In this document: piece after piece, positions 22,601-38,946 of the stretch
Layout of the letters: each line of letters begins with the position of its first letter
Position numbering within the stretch: position 1 is the stretch's first letter
Assembly: GCA_030167865.1 (NCBI GenBank)
Contig: JALAGF010005301.1
Coordinates: 1 to 50,961, forward strand
Origin: Craspedostauros australis
Lineage: Eukaryota
Direction: 5' to 3'
DNA length: 50,961 bases
Notes under the pieces: model-generated
What the model saw: the letters and a program-made list of their open reading frames with translations, nothing else
The model's database searches: none
Told to the model about the DNA's origin: nothing
Translations under genes and position numbers: made by a program

Positions 22601-25600
22601 TCGCCACCAAGTGATATCCATTGGTCCTTCGACGGTCTGTTATCGTGTTGGATCAATGCATTGCGCACGGTCGCTTGGTCCGTGGCGAAGACCACCTCCC
22701 GTCCTCGGTGAGTGTAAGAATTCTCCGTGCTGCCGGATGAAGGGTAAGCGGCGTGTGTTGTTGTCTCCGGGAGTGGGTTTCGCAACAGCTCGGCTTCGCG
22801 CTGCTTGAAGGTTTCTGTTGTATCAACAGTGAAGCCGCGAGAATCCTGTTCAGTGCCCGTAACGCTCGCTTCTTCATCGATAGCAGAACGAACGATCTGG
22901 AGTGGGCAGGCCGTCGTTTTCCTTTCCACGGACGACTCCTGCTCGCTCAAAATGTGGCTGTGATCGTTTTCATGAACGCGAAGATCGCCGTGGCCGTCGC
23001 TGCTATCATTACCACTGTCAGTACAACCGTCGGCGTCAATGTCGTTGTCGGCTGATGACATATCTTCGGGTCCGCTCTTCTCGTCGTCAGCTATGTAATA
23101 GCCGTTCGATGTGAAGTCGGTCACGACATCGATGGCGTTGCTGTTTACGTTGTTGCTCTTGCCGGTGGGCTTGGCACTGGACGCGCCATTGCCAGATTCG
23201 ATCTGCATCGCATTCTGGACTGCTGATCCATCCGCACTGACAGATACGAGTTTGGATTGTTCGGAGATGTGGAAAGGAGCCGGTCTGTGGATCAGCGATT
23301 CCAACGTTTCGTCGATGGACTGCGCTTCCCGCACGACGCTCACAAGCGGTTCCATCTCCGGATCTGGTCCGGCACGTCGGAGGTAGGAAGTAATCTCGGA
23401 TTCGATGCTGTCGTCCGAGTTGATGACATGCATCAGCGCCTCCGTGGCGAGGGCGTCGCAGAACTTCATCCGACCTTGGTCCTCGACACCGATGTCGCTC
23501 AGTCCTGGCGATGCTCTGTTAATGCGAAGTTCGTAGGTTGGTCCAAGGAACGATGGTGCGTCAGATCCCATCGTCTCGATGAGATCACCGACGATGCTCG
23601 CGTTGGCATCGAACCGTTGCTGGCACCGTCGGAGCTCTTCATCTTCATCATCCAGCATGTCGATTTCCTGCTGCACTCTCTGCAAAAGAGTCAAGGCTGC
23701 TCGTGGTGCTGGCGCCGATTCTTCCTGCTCCTTTGCTGCTGGGGTGTCATTTTGCCCGTCGGACTTGGCCGATGGCTTCGCGTTGCTTGCTTGCTCCGTG
23801 ACTGGCTGCTGAGCTTGGGTGGTCATCTGGATATCGTCAGAGCTCCCTGGTGCTGAAGCTGAAGGTGTTGCCATCATGCTCTCGGATGGGATCATGTTGT
23901 CACGATCAAAGACTGGGACAAAGGTGACGCCATCCGATATGATACTGTTGCACATGCTGATGCTGCGGTCCACTTGGATGTGTTGATTATCATCAATGGA
24001 CTCATTGTTGTTCTCTTCGTACACCGTGGCGAAGAAGGGTTTGGGCTGCTGGTGCTGTGCCAATGGATTCTGGGCATGATGTTGCGGATGTTGGTATTGG
24101 CATCGATATTGCTGATGTTGATGTTGATATTGTTGTTGCCACTGTTGGTGATCATGGTATTGGTGGTGTGGGTGTTGGTGCTGCTGATGCTGATGCTGTT
24201 GGTGCTGATGCGCACCTACGCGTGGCCGCGGAAGATGTAACGGCAACTTCGATTGTTGGTTCCCATCGCGAGAAGCCCTGAGGTTGCCCATCCGCGGCGT
24301 ACCACTTGTTGTGTTGGAGCGTGACATTTCGTCAGAGCGTGGCGACCACGCACCGCAGTCGGAGGACACCTCCTGTTCTGTATCGTTGCGCATCAACGAC
24401 TGCAAACGACCAGGCCAGGTTGGGCTGGGAAGGTTGAAGATGTTGTGCTTTTCACTTCCACTTTCACCTCCACTACCATTTCCACTTGCGCTTCCGTTTC
24501 CGTGAGGTGGTGCTGTAGTCATCAATGGCTTCGGAGTTGGCCGATGCCGCATGCTTTCATGATGCATGACTGATGCACCAACGCTACCATTTCCATTGCT
24601 TGGTCCATATGGATTGTGGATGGGTGCAAACGCCGTCATTCTAGTACCCTCGCCGACAGGATCAGGTGCATAGCTGCTTGTTTCATCCACATCTTCGGAC
24701 ACGGAATCTGCAAGAGCGAATGAACTCCATCTGACTCTGTGTGTAGCTCTGTGTGGGTTGCTGTTAGCGTGGTTCCGTGATGGCACGCTCATCGGCGACC
24801 GCGGAGGAGGATGCATCGCAGGGGCGGGCATTTGAGACCGAGCTGGAAGTTCAATGGCGGGCGCGGCGGCGGTGACTCGACCCGATCTCTCATCAGTCGG
24901 CGTGGTTTCATCGGCAGAGCAAATTGGGGATGCGGGACCAGCGAAGACATCAGGTTCGGACTTCAAGATTACCAACAGATCCTCTTCTGTCACCTCCACA
25001 GACTCGTCCAACACAAAGCTGTCCGCTTGTGCCGCATCGAGCGTATCTGGCTGGACAGAGATGGCGGCTCCGTCCGGGTCCGTGTTTCGCGGCGGATTGT
25101 TTTTGTCGTCGTCGTTGCAGGTGCCGGGTTGAAATCCGGGCGGTGGCGGCGGCGATGACGAGACACAACCGGCCTTTGGTACGGCGCAACACAGGGCGAC
25201 AGCACCGACAGCAAGGCCGATGTTTGAAGGTGTTGCTGTCTTCGTTGCGTTTGGTGCATCCACGCTCGGTTTGGTGTTGCACTTTTTGTTGCCATGGATG
25301 TTGGTGCTAGTGCTGGTGCTAGTGCTAGTAGTGCTGTTGACTTGTGCAGTGGTGGTGGTGATGCTTTGTTGCGTTGGTTTTTCGGCCAAACGTTTGGCAG
25401 TCTTGCTCTGGCTTGGATGGACGAGAGAACCGCCTTCTTGCTGTTGGAGTGCTCTTGAGAGTGGAGAGTTCTTGTCGTCAAGAATCTCGATCCGTTTTTC
25501 TGTAGTTTGATACGAGAGCAAACCGCATAAGCTGTACGAGTCGGATTTGATAATCACTGTGCTCTTCACGCTCGCATCATCATGCTGATGTGGACGCTTC

Positions 25601-27569
25601 GTAGTTGTTTGCGACAATGCACCGGTATCCTGTTTCTGTTGAGCATCGATGTTCGTGACAGGAACGATTGCCTTGTCGACGGAACTGCCATCGGTCTTGG
25701 GCTCGACGAATTGCAACTGCTCGATGATGGACGGCTTCGATGATTGCACCACAGCGGTATCAGCTGTTTCTGCTGCGAACGAAGTTCTGGATTGCGCCTT
25801 TGACGGTGAATCCGCAACCTGCTGGATCAGAACTATCGACCTGCATCCATCTTGGGATGTGCCCTTGCTATCAACGGCGAGGATGCTATTCCTTGTGCCA
25901 ATCGTACAATCATCGATGGTCATTGCCTTCGACTTGCTCTTGTTCTTTCTAGCGTTTCCCGAGGCGTTCCACCAAACGCCGGTGAATGGTACTACGCACG
26001 CCATCCGAGGGATGTAGATGATGTTGTGACACATGGTGTTGCGGAGGGAAGGCAACACGGTGTGCTGCTGGACGGATTGGATAGTCTTGCAGACCGAAAT
26101 GAGATCATCTGTTGTTGCGAGCTTGCTCGGTGCCGTCGCCGTCGCTGCCATTGCTGGTGTTGCCGCTGCTGTTTCTGGCTGCGGTTCTAGATCTGTCGGT
26201 ACTTCGCATCCACTTTTGACCAAAGCAGTCGATGTTGGCTCCACCTCCTCACTCGGGTAGTCTTCTTCGTAGTCGATTTGCTCCCCATTGTGTTCCAACT
26301 GGAAGTGTTCAAGCAGTGCCGCTTGACGGTTCAATTCGACTTGCTCCAACTCCGCGCGAAGCTGCTTCTCCGCGAGCTCCAATCGCAAAAGTTCGTCAGC
26401 GAGCCCATCCTCCTTGTCAAATGAATCCTGCGATGCTGTGCTGAGATGTGCGTTGAGGTAATCGAGATGCTCCAAGTCCAGCTCTTGCAGGCTGTACTTC
26501 ATCAATCCCAATATCTCTTGATCGTCCCACAGGTCGAATTCTGTTGCACCGCCATCATCGGACGATTCCAACCTCTCGATGTAAAGCTCTTCCAGCGACA
26601 GACCATCGTCGGAATCGGCATCATGGTCGTGGTCCTCATCCCTCGTGATGATGGTGTCGGCATCGGCCAGGCGGGTGTGGGCAGAGCTGTCACGCTTGTG
26701 CGCATTGATGTATTCGTGGTTCGTGAGGTCTACTTCGCGCATGGCCGTTTGGATCAGCTCCAAGGTGTCTGTGCTGACGGGTGGGATTTCGTCGAACGGG
26801 AGTTCGTCACCGGGTCTATCGAGTCCCTTCGGTGAAGGAAGCAGCGAGATCACGCATTCGGCTTCGACGAGGTACAAGCAGACCAGCTTCGCCAGTTTCA
26901 GCGCATTGCCGTTGACGGGTCCGCTGCTTGGGGTGTATCTGGTTTGGAACAGATGTCGCATCGCTGCGAAGACGAATGCTTCGTCGAGATTCCGATCAAC
27001 GAGGCTGCCGTTCGCACCACTGCGATTGGCATTGGTATGGGCATCGCGTTGTCGGTGTCGTTGGCGACGATGCCTCGTTTTCTTGGCATCCAATCGGATG
27101 GCGGCAGATGTGGAGACGGTGGATGCTGTGTCCATGCTGTCGCCGTCATCGGTGTCGGTAGATGCGTTGACGTGGTGCTGCGGCGATTGCGGTTGGACTG
27201 CGCGATCGTTCGCATGATCGTTCTCATCATCTTCGTCGTGCTGCACGATTGATTGGGCTGTGTTTGTGTTTGTATCTACGTTGTTGCTTGTGTCGTTGGC
27301 TTCGAGAGTTGAGGGTGTCAGCCTTTCGTTTGTTGTTGGTATGGACATGATAGTAGACGTGCGAATGTTAACGTAGTGCAAGTTGGATGTTTGTTTGTCT
27401 TCCTTGGAATCTTCAAGTTCAGGGTTGGTGGTTTGCAATTTCGCTGCGGAATCTTCTGCCGTTTTGTCCGGGTCTCCAGCAACGGGTTCAGCGATCAGTG
27501 CAAGTGCCTGTGGCAAGCTCGATGATTCTTTGGTGCACGGCAATGATGGTCCCCCTGACCTCTCGTCAT

Positions 27570-27603
<34 letters not shown>

Positions 27604-28752
27604 CCACGGAGATGAGCCGCATTGAGCCGATGGTACAAGAGCGTCTGACTGTTGTGTATTTTGCGCCACGGTTGCGGATTCCGTCTGTTGCTGCTGTTCC
27701 TGTTGCATGATGGCTGCAATGGTTGTGATGGCGGCACTGGCACTGGCGCTGGCACTGGCACTGTCACCGTCGTCCTCTTCAGCTATCGACGCAATGTGCT
27801 TCGAAGTTAGATCGCTTTTCTTGTCAGCCGATTTTAGCAGCGACGATGCCGTGCCACCGCAATAAAATGAGTAGCAGGTGTACGGTCGGTCTCCAAGTTG
27901 GATCGATGATTCTGTCTTCGTGGTGTCGTTGGCACTGGTTGCATCTGCGCTGTGCGGAACGATTGCGGTGCTGCGTGGCGTGCTTCGATCTAATCCCTTG
28001 CTGCGGCGACGCGGACTTGTGCTTGGTTGTTGCGAATTGGATGGCGTCGACGTGAAGCAAAGCGACAGGAAGGATGAAGTCGCGCCCTGTTCGGGAACGT
28101 GCCGCACGTTGCTGTGCCTGGGTGTGGAAAGCACTGCTTGAATTGCAAGAGCCGCCTGCTCCTCGTCCTCGCCCTCGTCAACGTGATGTTTGTGGTGCAG
28201 AGCAAGTTGCTGGTTGTTGTTGCCATGTGCCGCAACCAAGGAGCTGTCGGAAGCGTCGGAACAGGATGCCGTGCTGACCGTGGCGTCACATGTGAGGGTG
28301 AAACAATCGAAGGCCTTCCTGTCGAGGATGAGTGCACTGAGCAGCCTCCTCTTGTTCTTGCTGGCCGACACAATGGAGCTGGTGTCTTTTGATGGCACGA
28401 TCGCCGTATTGACCTTGAGCTTGGGTGGCTTGCGAGACGACTTGGACCTTTTCTTCTGCTTGGTCCTGCTGCTCTTGCGTCGTACCGCCATCTTTTCGTC
28501 GCTCGATTTGCCCCTCCCCGTTGCCCCTGTTGCTGTTTTGGATGTCCTTGACTTCGTTGTCCCCTTGCTTTTGGATTTGCGCTTGCTCCTGCTCTTCGAT
28601 TTGGACTTGCTTTTGCTCTTGCTCTTGTGGTTGGGACCGCTTGCCGCAACGTGGTCGTCCTCATCTGTTCGCTTGCGCGGCTGGCAACCTTCATCCCCGT
28701 CGTCGGTCCCTCTCCGCCTCGACACGATGTTCATCAGAGTGCTGCCCGCCAT
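19609..28752 (-). CDS. Giant (~3047 aa) intronless, largely low-complexity/disordered protein of unknown function
   Basis: 9.1-kb stop-free frame; first ATG 28752 (MAGSTLM); S/D/N/Q/H-rich, KS-repeat basic N-terminus, short coiled coils; no recognisable domain. Confidence 0.78.
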
Positions 28753-30039
28753 CGTCGCAGATGGTTGTTGGAGTTGCAGCAGGCTCAGCTGGACAAACAA
28801 TGATTCGCAGTGTTGCGGTTGCTGTTGCCGCTGCTCGTCCTTGCCTCCGGATGGTTTTGATTAGTGTCGTGTATGTGTGTGATCACTCAAGGACACAGGT
28901 GCTGTCGATGCTGATGCCAATGATGTGGATGCTGAAGCTGAATGTTGGACGTTGGATGTCGATGGTGATGACTGTTCAGACGGCAATGTCCTCAATCTGT
29001 TGTTCCTTGATGGTCTTTCGCCGTTCTTCTGAACGTCAAAGTCCTGGTGTCAGCCGAGATGTCGTCAAAGGAGGTGCCAGAAGGACTTACAGAGAGTGGA
29101 GTACGACTGTTCCTCCGATCCGCTCTCTCTGACACATGAAGTTCACGCTCTCTTATCGCAAACACAAGAGCACGCAGAGTTAGTTTACGTGTCGTCTACT
29201 CCGCTCTATCACGACTCTATCTGCAGCGCAGAACAGAACAGCAGAGCACAACACAGTCCTATCTCGTTGATGATCTCATCCAAGTGCAGATTCTGGTCTG
29301 GAATGTCCCTGGTATCGACACCAAGTCAACGTCGAATTCTGCAACACACAGAGCGGTACACAACGCTGCGCGCCAAAACGAAACGCTTCTGCTCGTCCTC
29401 GCGGCCTGCCAGTAAAGCGCCATGTCGCGAAAAGAAAATCGTTTTGCGCGGTGTTCGCGCCTCCCTCGTGTTGAGATGGCGACACAAAAGTCGAAAATCA
29501 GTCGAACTGGCGATTCTTCGTGATAAAAATGAGGCTCGCCAAACTCCCGCCGAACAAACAAACGTTATTTGAGGTTAAATTTTAATACAAATCACATACA
29601 AACATACATATTTGCATATTATAATAATGTCGTAGTTGGAAGCGACTGTCGCCATCTCTCTTCGGTATCGGAAATTCGCTTGATCAGTTGGATTACAGTG
29701 ACGAAGCAAAAGGTCCATTGAGTCATATTTCTCGCTGATGTGTGTTGCTCATTCGTGCGTGTGTGTGATGTGTTGTGTTGTTGTGTTGGCGTCTTTTGGT
29801 GGACGTGGACGTGAATGTCTTCGCTTTCCACCACCACCCACAAGAACAGACAGTTGAACTGGGAGACATCGCCACGCACGTCCACATCATCACCATCATC
29901 GTAGCAGTATCCTCTGTCACACCGAAGAGGTTTCTGCGGGGTGGGTGCACATCATCTGAAGCGACAAGTGCAAGGACGCTGGCGGATTCACAAACTCATC
30001 ACTATCTCATTCCATTCATTGACGACATCCAACAGTTGA

Positions 30040-32856
<2,817 letters not shown>

Positions 32857-35669
32857 TGCAGTTCGCGCAATCTGGTTGAAGCAATGCCGATGCAGCATCG
32901 CCTGCTGCAGGCAAGGTGAGATTTGGAGGGTTCGCACTCCTCTCCTCGTACAGATACTGTGCGGGAAGGACAAGAAGGACGAAGCATGTATAGAGAGACA
33001 ATAATAATAATGAATGCCAAAGTTGTCGGAACATTTCCATCACCACGTGTCCAATCATCCATGCGTAAGATTCCTGATTTCTGTTCATCATCAAACCTCA
33101 GAATAAAAGGAAGCTACATGCATTTGTCGATCATGTTGTGAAGCTTGGTGAGATGTCTCTTTGTGTGATTGGTGGGGGTTGCATTATATTTGTTTTGGGT
33201 GCGTTGGTTGATTGGTTTGCTATTGGTTTGTTTGTGGAAGCCGTGCGTGGCAAACTTGCCATGTATTGCACACCTCCGACATACATCCATTGGTTGCGCA
33301 TCAAGACAGCTCTCCATGCACAGCGTGAACCAGTGCGAGTATGTGACAGGCTCGCTTCTCCGGGTCCCGAAAACCTTGAGTATATTGTACAAATGTCGAG
33401 CCTGTTTCCCATCAAGGAAGAGAGCTTTTCTCGAGCATGCCGTGGTGGTATGAAGGCATTCAAAGTGTCTTCTCGGCTGTGGCCATGGTGTAATCGTTGA
33501 TTTTGGTTGCATTTCTCAAGCGCGCCAAATGCCCTTTCTGGGTTGGACATGAAGACCAGGCGCTACAGATACCAACGATGGCTGTTTTCTATGATAGTCT
33601 TCGTTAGGCTTTGCTCAAGTGTTAACGGAGTCGGCTTAACCCTCATATATTGGCTGGATGAGTGGGTGCCACTGGTGCATCCATGCGCAGAACCTGTGGA
33701 TAAAGTCAATGTTTGTGAGGATTGTTGCAACAGTTGGGTGGAAGTTAAAGCGTTTTGGTGAGGGGATGTACTGTGCAACAGGTGCAACCGTTGCAACGAT
33801 CATGGCATTCGATGACCAAACTAAGCATTGTACATCCGTTACAACCGCGCAGAGCAGATGGCGCAGAGTGGTACTTACCAGAACAACCACATAGCGATCG
33901 TCGCGATGGTCACGACCACGAATCCAGTTCTGCGGGGTATTGGTAATGGGTTTGTTTCATGACAATGCGTATGTTAGCATGTGATCACACAAAGAAAAGG
34001 GGAAGGTGAGCTAATTGTCGTGGAATGATGCTCAGTGCAAGATCAATGCGCCGATCGCAGATGAACATGGTCTCCAACCAAGTCTTCCCTTGTTCGTGGT
34101 TTGTGCATCTGCCAGCCTTTCTTGCTGATAACGCATAGTGGCAACGACGACTTGGACGTGAGGCACCATTTCCAATCCGCTTTGTGCAAGGGATGACTTT
34201 CTCTTCGGTCTGCAGTGTCCATGGATACGCAATGCGTTGCGTTGATTTGCGTCGCATGACACTGCCAAGGCCAATCGAAAGCGCCACATCAGACCACCAA
34301 CAGTCTCCGACGGTCTCCAACTCACCCAGCATCGTCTGGGCTCAATTTTCCTGTCGTTCTCATTCCGAAGACGACAGACAGACCCACCGCTCCCAAGATG
34401 AGGTAGGCAAGGCTGCCCGTAATGATTGTTGATGGGATAGTCATGGTCGGTCTCTGCTCGGTCTTCTGTCCTTTTCTCTCTGCACAATTATACCTCTTCC
34501 TGGTCCTGATGTGTTTTCAGATTGATTCTGGTGCGCTCCGCCAAAGGAAGGCTTCCACGACTTTGCTGCTGTGGCTGTTGTTACCGTTGTCCCTTGTTAC
34601 CATGTTTCGCCATGGCCACAACACGACCCGACCCACCACTTCAAACTTCTCTTCCCGAATTGCTCTGTCGACCATCGAATGGGCTGACTTTTATTCACTA
34701 TGATATCATGAAGGTAAACTAATGTTGTATTTAACCGTCATGTATGAATATGTATAACGCCTAAAAACGGCGCGCTCCAGCTCTACGATCAAACGAGTCA
34801 TGATTGACTGAGGCAGATAGTCTATCTTTGAAAGATAGAAACTGAGACAACATAGGAATTGTAAGTTGCGGTGTTTTACCTATTTTCAATTATTTCACTT
34901 TTGAATGTTTCTGGTCCATTTACGAGGTTTTATCAATAAACCTTAGATCCCACTAACACTTTGGATATTAGTGTGTCCCTAATTGATGTGTTGGACTTGC
35001 GCAGGTGGCGCAATACCATCCGATCTCGCTCTCTCACTCATGCTCTTACTCTCGTCGTGTGGATGGTCCATTGAAGATGAATCTCAGACTGTCTGCTCTT
35101 GGTCGTGGGTCAAACTGTCTACTCCGCAATGGCAAGTTGTGCGTCGACATCGAAAACGAAGTGTCCACCGCATACAGCAAAAGCCTCTCTCGCTCTCCAA
35201 CATCATCCGATAACGATGATGCAGCTGGTGACCATATCGATAAGAATAGTACGTAGACAACTTGCACTAGTGTTTAGAAGAAGTTCATTGGTGGAAGGCG
35301 TGGATGGAATACGCGTATGGTGTGAACATGAAGATGGTGAACTTTCTCGTGTCATGAACAAGATAGGGCACGAATCCTCGACTCGCGCGATCAAAAGTGC
35401 GGCAATGACCAAACGAATCAGATGACCGTTCGTCTCGACACGAAAAGAGAGAAAGATGGCCCCAACACGAACAACGAACGACGAACGACATCAAAGAGAG
35501 CAACAGACGAATGTGTTCCTCCACAGATGTTGTTGTTTGGGAAACAGGCACAACACTACGCGCACGCCACATTCCACACACCACACAACGCACCAGCACA
35601 AGGCAGCTCAACGACACGTTCTGAAGACTGCAGAATCTGAATATCCACACGAATACATCGACCTGACTG

Positions 35670-36822
35670 ATGAGTGAGAAGGAAGAGGCGTTGGTAACTT
35701 GCGGGACCACCGCAGGTGGTATCGTCATCAAGATGCACAGGGTGAGATCGAAGCATGCACGGCGCAAGGATGGGCAGAGATCTCTCGTATGTTGATGGGG
35801 GTGTTGCCTTGGTGACTGCAAGACCGGTACTATATTGGTATGCATCTTTCGCGAGTCTTCTGAGACGTCCCCGTTCGATGTTCCTAATGTTATTGCGACC
35901 ATCTCTTCATCACCTTCGTTTCATATGCATCCGCTGTGTGATTTCGATCAATTCTATAATATAATATCATATCAATATATCAATTCCACGCCTTCCATTC
36001 ATCCCATCTTGTGAGTATCAGGAATGGTCGCCGAACGGCTACGACAGGGCGGTGGCGCTGTTTGAGCGCGGTTTCTACGACGAGAGCCACTTCTTCCGCG
36101 TCGCCAAGAACTTCCTGGTCCAGTTCGGCATCTCCTACTCCACCGACAAGGAGCTGCAGCACTTCGCGCGACAGAAGATCCCGGACGATCCCAAGCCGAA
36201 TGGCGACGTCGCGTTCCGACCCGGCCTCATTTCCTTCGCGGGAAACGGCGACAACAGCCGCACGTCCCAGCTGTTCATTTCGTACGGATCCGCGCCGAGC
36301 TTGGGCAAGGAGAAATGGGAGACGCCCGTCGGCGAGATCATCGAGGGCATGGAGCATGCGCGCAACTTTTACTCGGGGTACGGGGATATGCCACCGTGGG
36401 GCAATGGGCCCGTGCAAGGCAAGATACATGGCAATCCAAACTACATTGCCATCGAATTTCCCAAATTAGATCGTTTTGAAACCTGTGAGGTGCGCCGCAT
36501 GACGCCGGAAGATAAGAGAGCGGCGGCGGCAGCAGCGAGGACAGCGGAGGAAGTCCGGGACCCAGAGAGTGTAGTGGGAGCAGCAGCAGCCGCAGTGGGG
36601 GCAGATGAAGCGTTGACGGAGGAAGCCAAGAAGAAGCACAACATGCTGTCTGTCAATGCGCGCAAACGTCTCACCGAAGGGGTGGGAAAACTGAGAAGCA
36701 AAACCAAGACAGCGTACGAAGAGAATGGAAACCAAATGATTCTGATCGCCTTCCTGGCAATCTCGATGATCGTCTATGTCTCCGTGAAGAATCGTAGGAA
36801 AATCGCATCGAAGACATCATGA
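35670..36822 (+). CDS. Cyclophilin-type peptidyl-prolyl isomerase with C-terminal membrane anchor; exons 35670-35741, 36022-36822
   Basis: VTCGTTAGGIVIKMHR|EWSPNGYDR..GFYDESHFFRVAKNFLVQFGI, ISFAGNGDNSRTSQLFI, PVGEIIEGM; intron GTGAGA(35742)...CAG(36021); C-terminal MILIAFLAISMIVYVSV followed by KNRRK. Start codon uncertain. Confidence 0.85.
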
Positions 36823-37077
36823 GCGGTACTTCATACCTATGGCTACTAGAGTACGGAAGAATAGTACTCTACGCGGCTCCATGTGCATGTGAAGAATGGA
36901 CATGCGATCTTGGTTGGCACGATCCTCAAAAGGAGTACATTACGTATCATGCATAGTGCTGCAGAGGAATACTACCACCATATGGCTACACATTCAGATC
37001 ACCATCTTGTGTTTCAATCAAATCACAACAGATCCTTCTAATCCTCTACATTTGCATCTCTCTGTCTCTGCCTCTCT

Positions 37078-38111
37078 CTAGAATAGTCTCCATGACCATC
37101 CCTTTTGTCCCTCACTCTTTGCGTTGCCCGACGTGTTGCCTGATGCTGTGTCCTCACCGTCGACTTGCGTTGTCAACGATCGACGTTTTGCATCCTTCGT
37201 TTCGTTTGTTTCATTCATAGATGGCGCGGACGATTGCTGCTGCTCCGGCTGCTGTTGAAGTTGCTGATGCGAAAGCAGCTCCAAATCATCCGCCTCATCC
37301 ACAATCGGCACCAGCTCATGCGCCGACGGTTCCACGTACTTTGGCGACCGTCTCAATATCGATTCCGAATTCTGCCGCGCCACTTCCTCGACGGCCTTCA
37401 GCCGCACATCCAACGCGCGCAGCTTGGCCACCAACCGCGCACGTTCCGCCTTGCCATCCGCACGCGCAGCTTCCATCTTGCGCCGGTTGATCTCCCGTGC
37501 GCGGGCGTACTCCCACACGATGACGCCGCCGCTGACCGCGAAGACCACGGATTCTCCAAAGAAGTCGGCGCCATTCGTCAACGCCTTGGCATCCTCCAGC
37601 GGCGTGATGGATCGCACGCGATATCCAGCGCTCCAGATCGTCATGCGGGATGTGAACTGGTGATTGAGTTGTCCAATGGACATGAGGAAGTGTTTGGTGG
37701 GGGCGTATCGCGAGAAGTCTGCTTTGATGCGTTTGGAGACCGGCTTGGCGACTGTCTTCACCAGCAGTCCGACCAATTTAGCCAATCTGGTTGCGTGATG
37801 TTGTAGATCGCGTGCATCGTATGGCGGAGAAGGTAGCGACGGAACGAAAAGAAGAAAACACCGAGCAGTCATTGGCGTGAGTTTGGGAGCACGGCAGGGA
37901 GACGGAGATTGCGCTAACGGCGAGTATCACTTCCGTTTCTTCACCAAGTAACGCAAAAGGTAGCCGTGAACTGCAATGCAGTGCACCAATCGATCGCAAA
38001 TTGCGGCCGCAATAGCCAATGTCCAATGGTCTATATAGCATGAGGGCGAGAGAGAGAGAGAGAGTAAGACTTGTAATCACGTGATAGTACTTACGGTAAA
38101 GCTTGCGCCAT
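37078..38111 (-). CDS. OPA3: OPA3-like mitochondrial protein; exons 38111-38095, 37786-37078 (241 aa)
   Basis: 17-nt first exon ATGGCGCAAGCTTTACC|GTAAGT spliced to CAG|ATTGGCT gives MAQALPLAKLVGLLVKTVAKPVSKRIK; also PLEDAKALTNGADFFGESVVFAVSGGVIVWEY plus a coiled coil, typical of OPA3. Confidence 0.88.
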
Positions 38112-38300
38112 GATGAGATTCGTTTGCTTCCTGGTTCTTGTTCTTGTCGTCGTTGTTTGTCGCTCTTGGTTTGTATCCACGAGGACGATCGCAAGTGATG
38201 ATTGAATGAATGAATGCGCGTCGCTTATGCAGGATGATCCCCCTCCGTTTGGCACCAACAAGAGGGGACGCCGACGTTGCTGCCAAGAAAGAAGACGGTC

Positions 38301-38350
38301 GCAATGCAATGCAATGCAATGCAATGGAATGGAATGGAAAGGGATGGAAT
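38301..38350. repeat. Compound (AATGC)n/(AATGG)n microsatellite in the OPA3 upstream region
   Basis: GCAATGCAATGCAATGCAATGCAATGGAATGGAATGG read directly. Confidence 0.85.
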
Positions 38351-38946
38351 GCGGTGATGTGACGTGATGTGATGACCAAACCCGCGCCGTTTGTTGGCCT
38401 CTTCGTGTTGTTGCTTGCCCAACAAACACGCACACACGCACACACGAGTTGAAAGATCCGGGCTGTGAAAACAACGTTCCCGATCGTTCGATGTTGTTCT
38501 GTGTTGTTGTTCGTTCTTGGAGTCGCAGTTGTCGGCCAGCAAGCCGCATTAGCGGGACTGAAAGACCCACGAATCCGCCAGCCCAAAACGAACGGAAACT
38601 GGACGCAAAACGATTCGCTGTTTTCTCCACACGAATGCAACGAGTGGTCGCGCACAAGTTGCAACTGCACAGAGCGGGAGAGATTGGCGAACGTCACCTC
38701 CCACCACAAGAGAGAGAGAGAGGGCGAACAAGACAGACAGCAACCGCAACATAGGAGCAGTCCTCGCACACAACTTCAAGCAACAGGCAGGCACAACACA
38801 TGTCAAAGGGAGAGCCGGAGACTTTCCAACCTGGATTTGCTTCTTCCATCGCTGCGACAACGCCATTGTCGGAAGCATCGTTCATCCATCCATCGGATCG
38901 CTGCATTGCATTCGTATCCTTTGAGGACACAATCGAACCAGTGACC

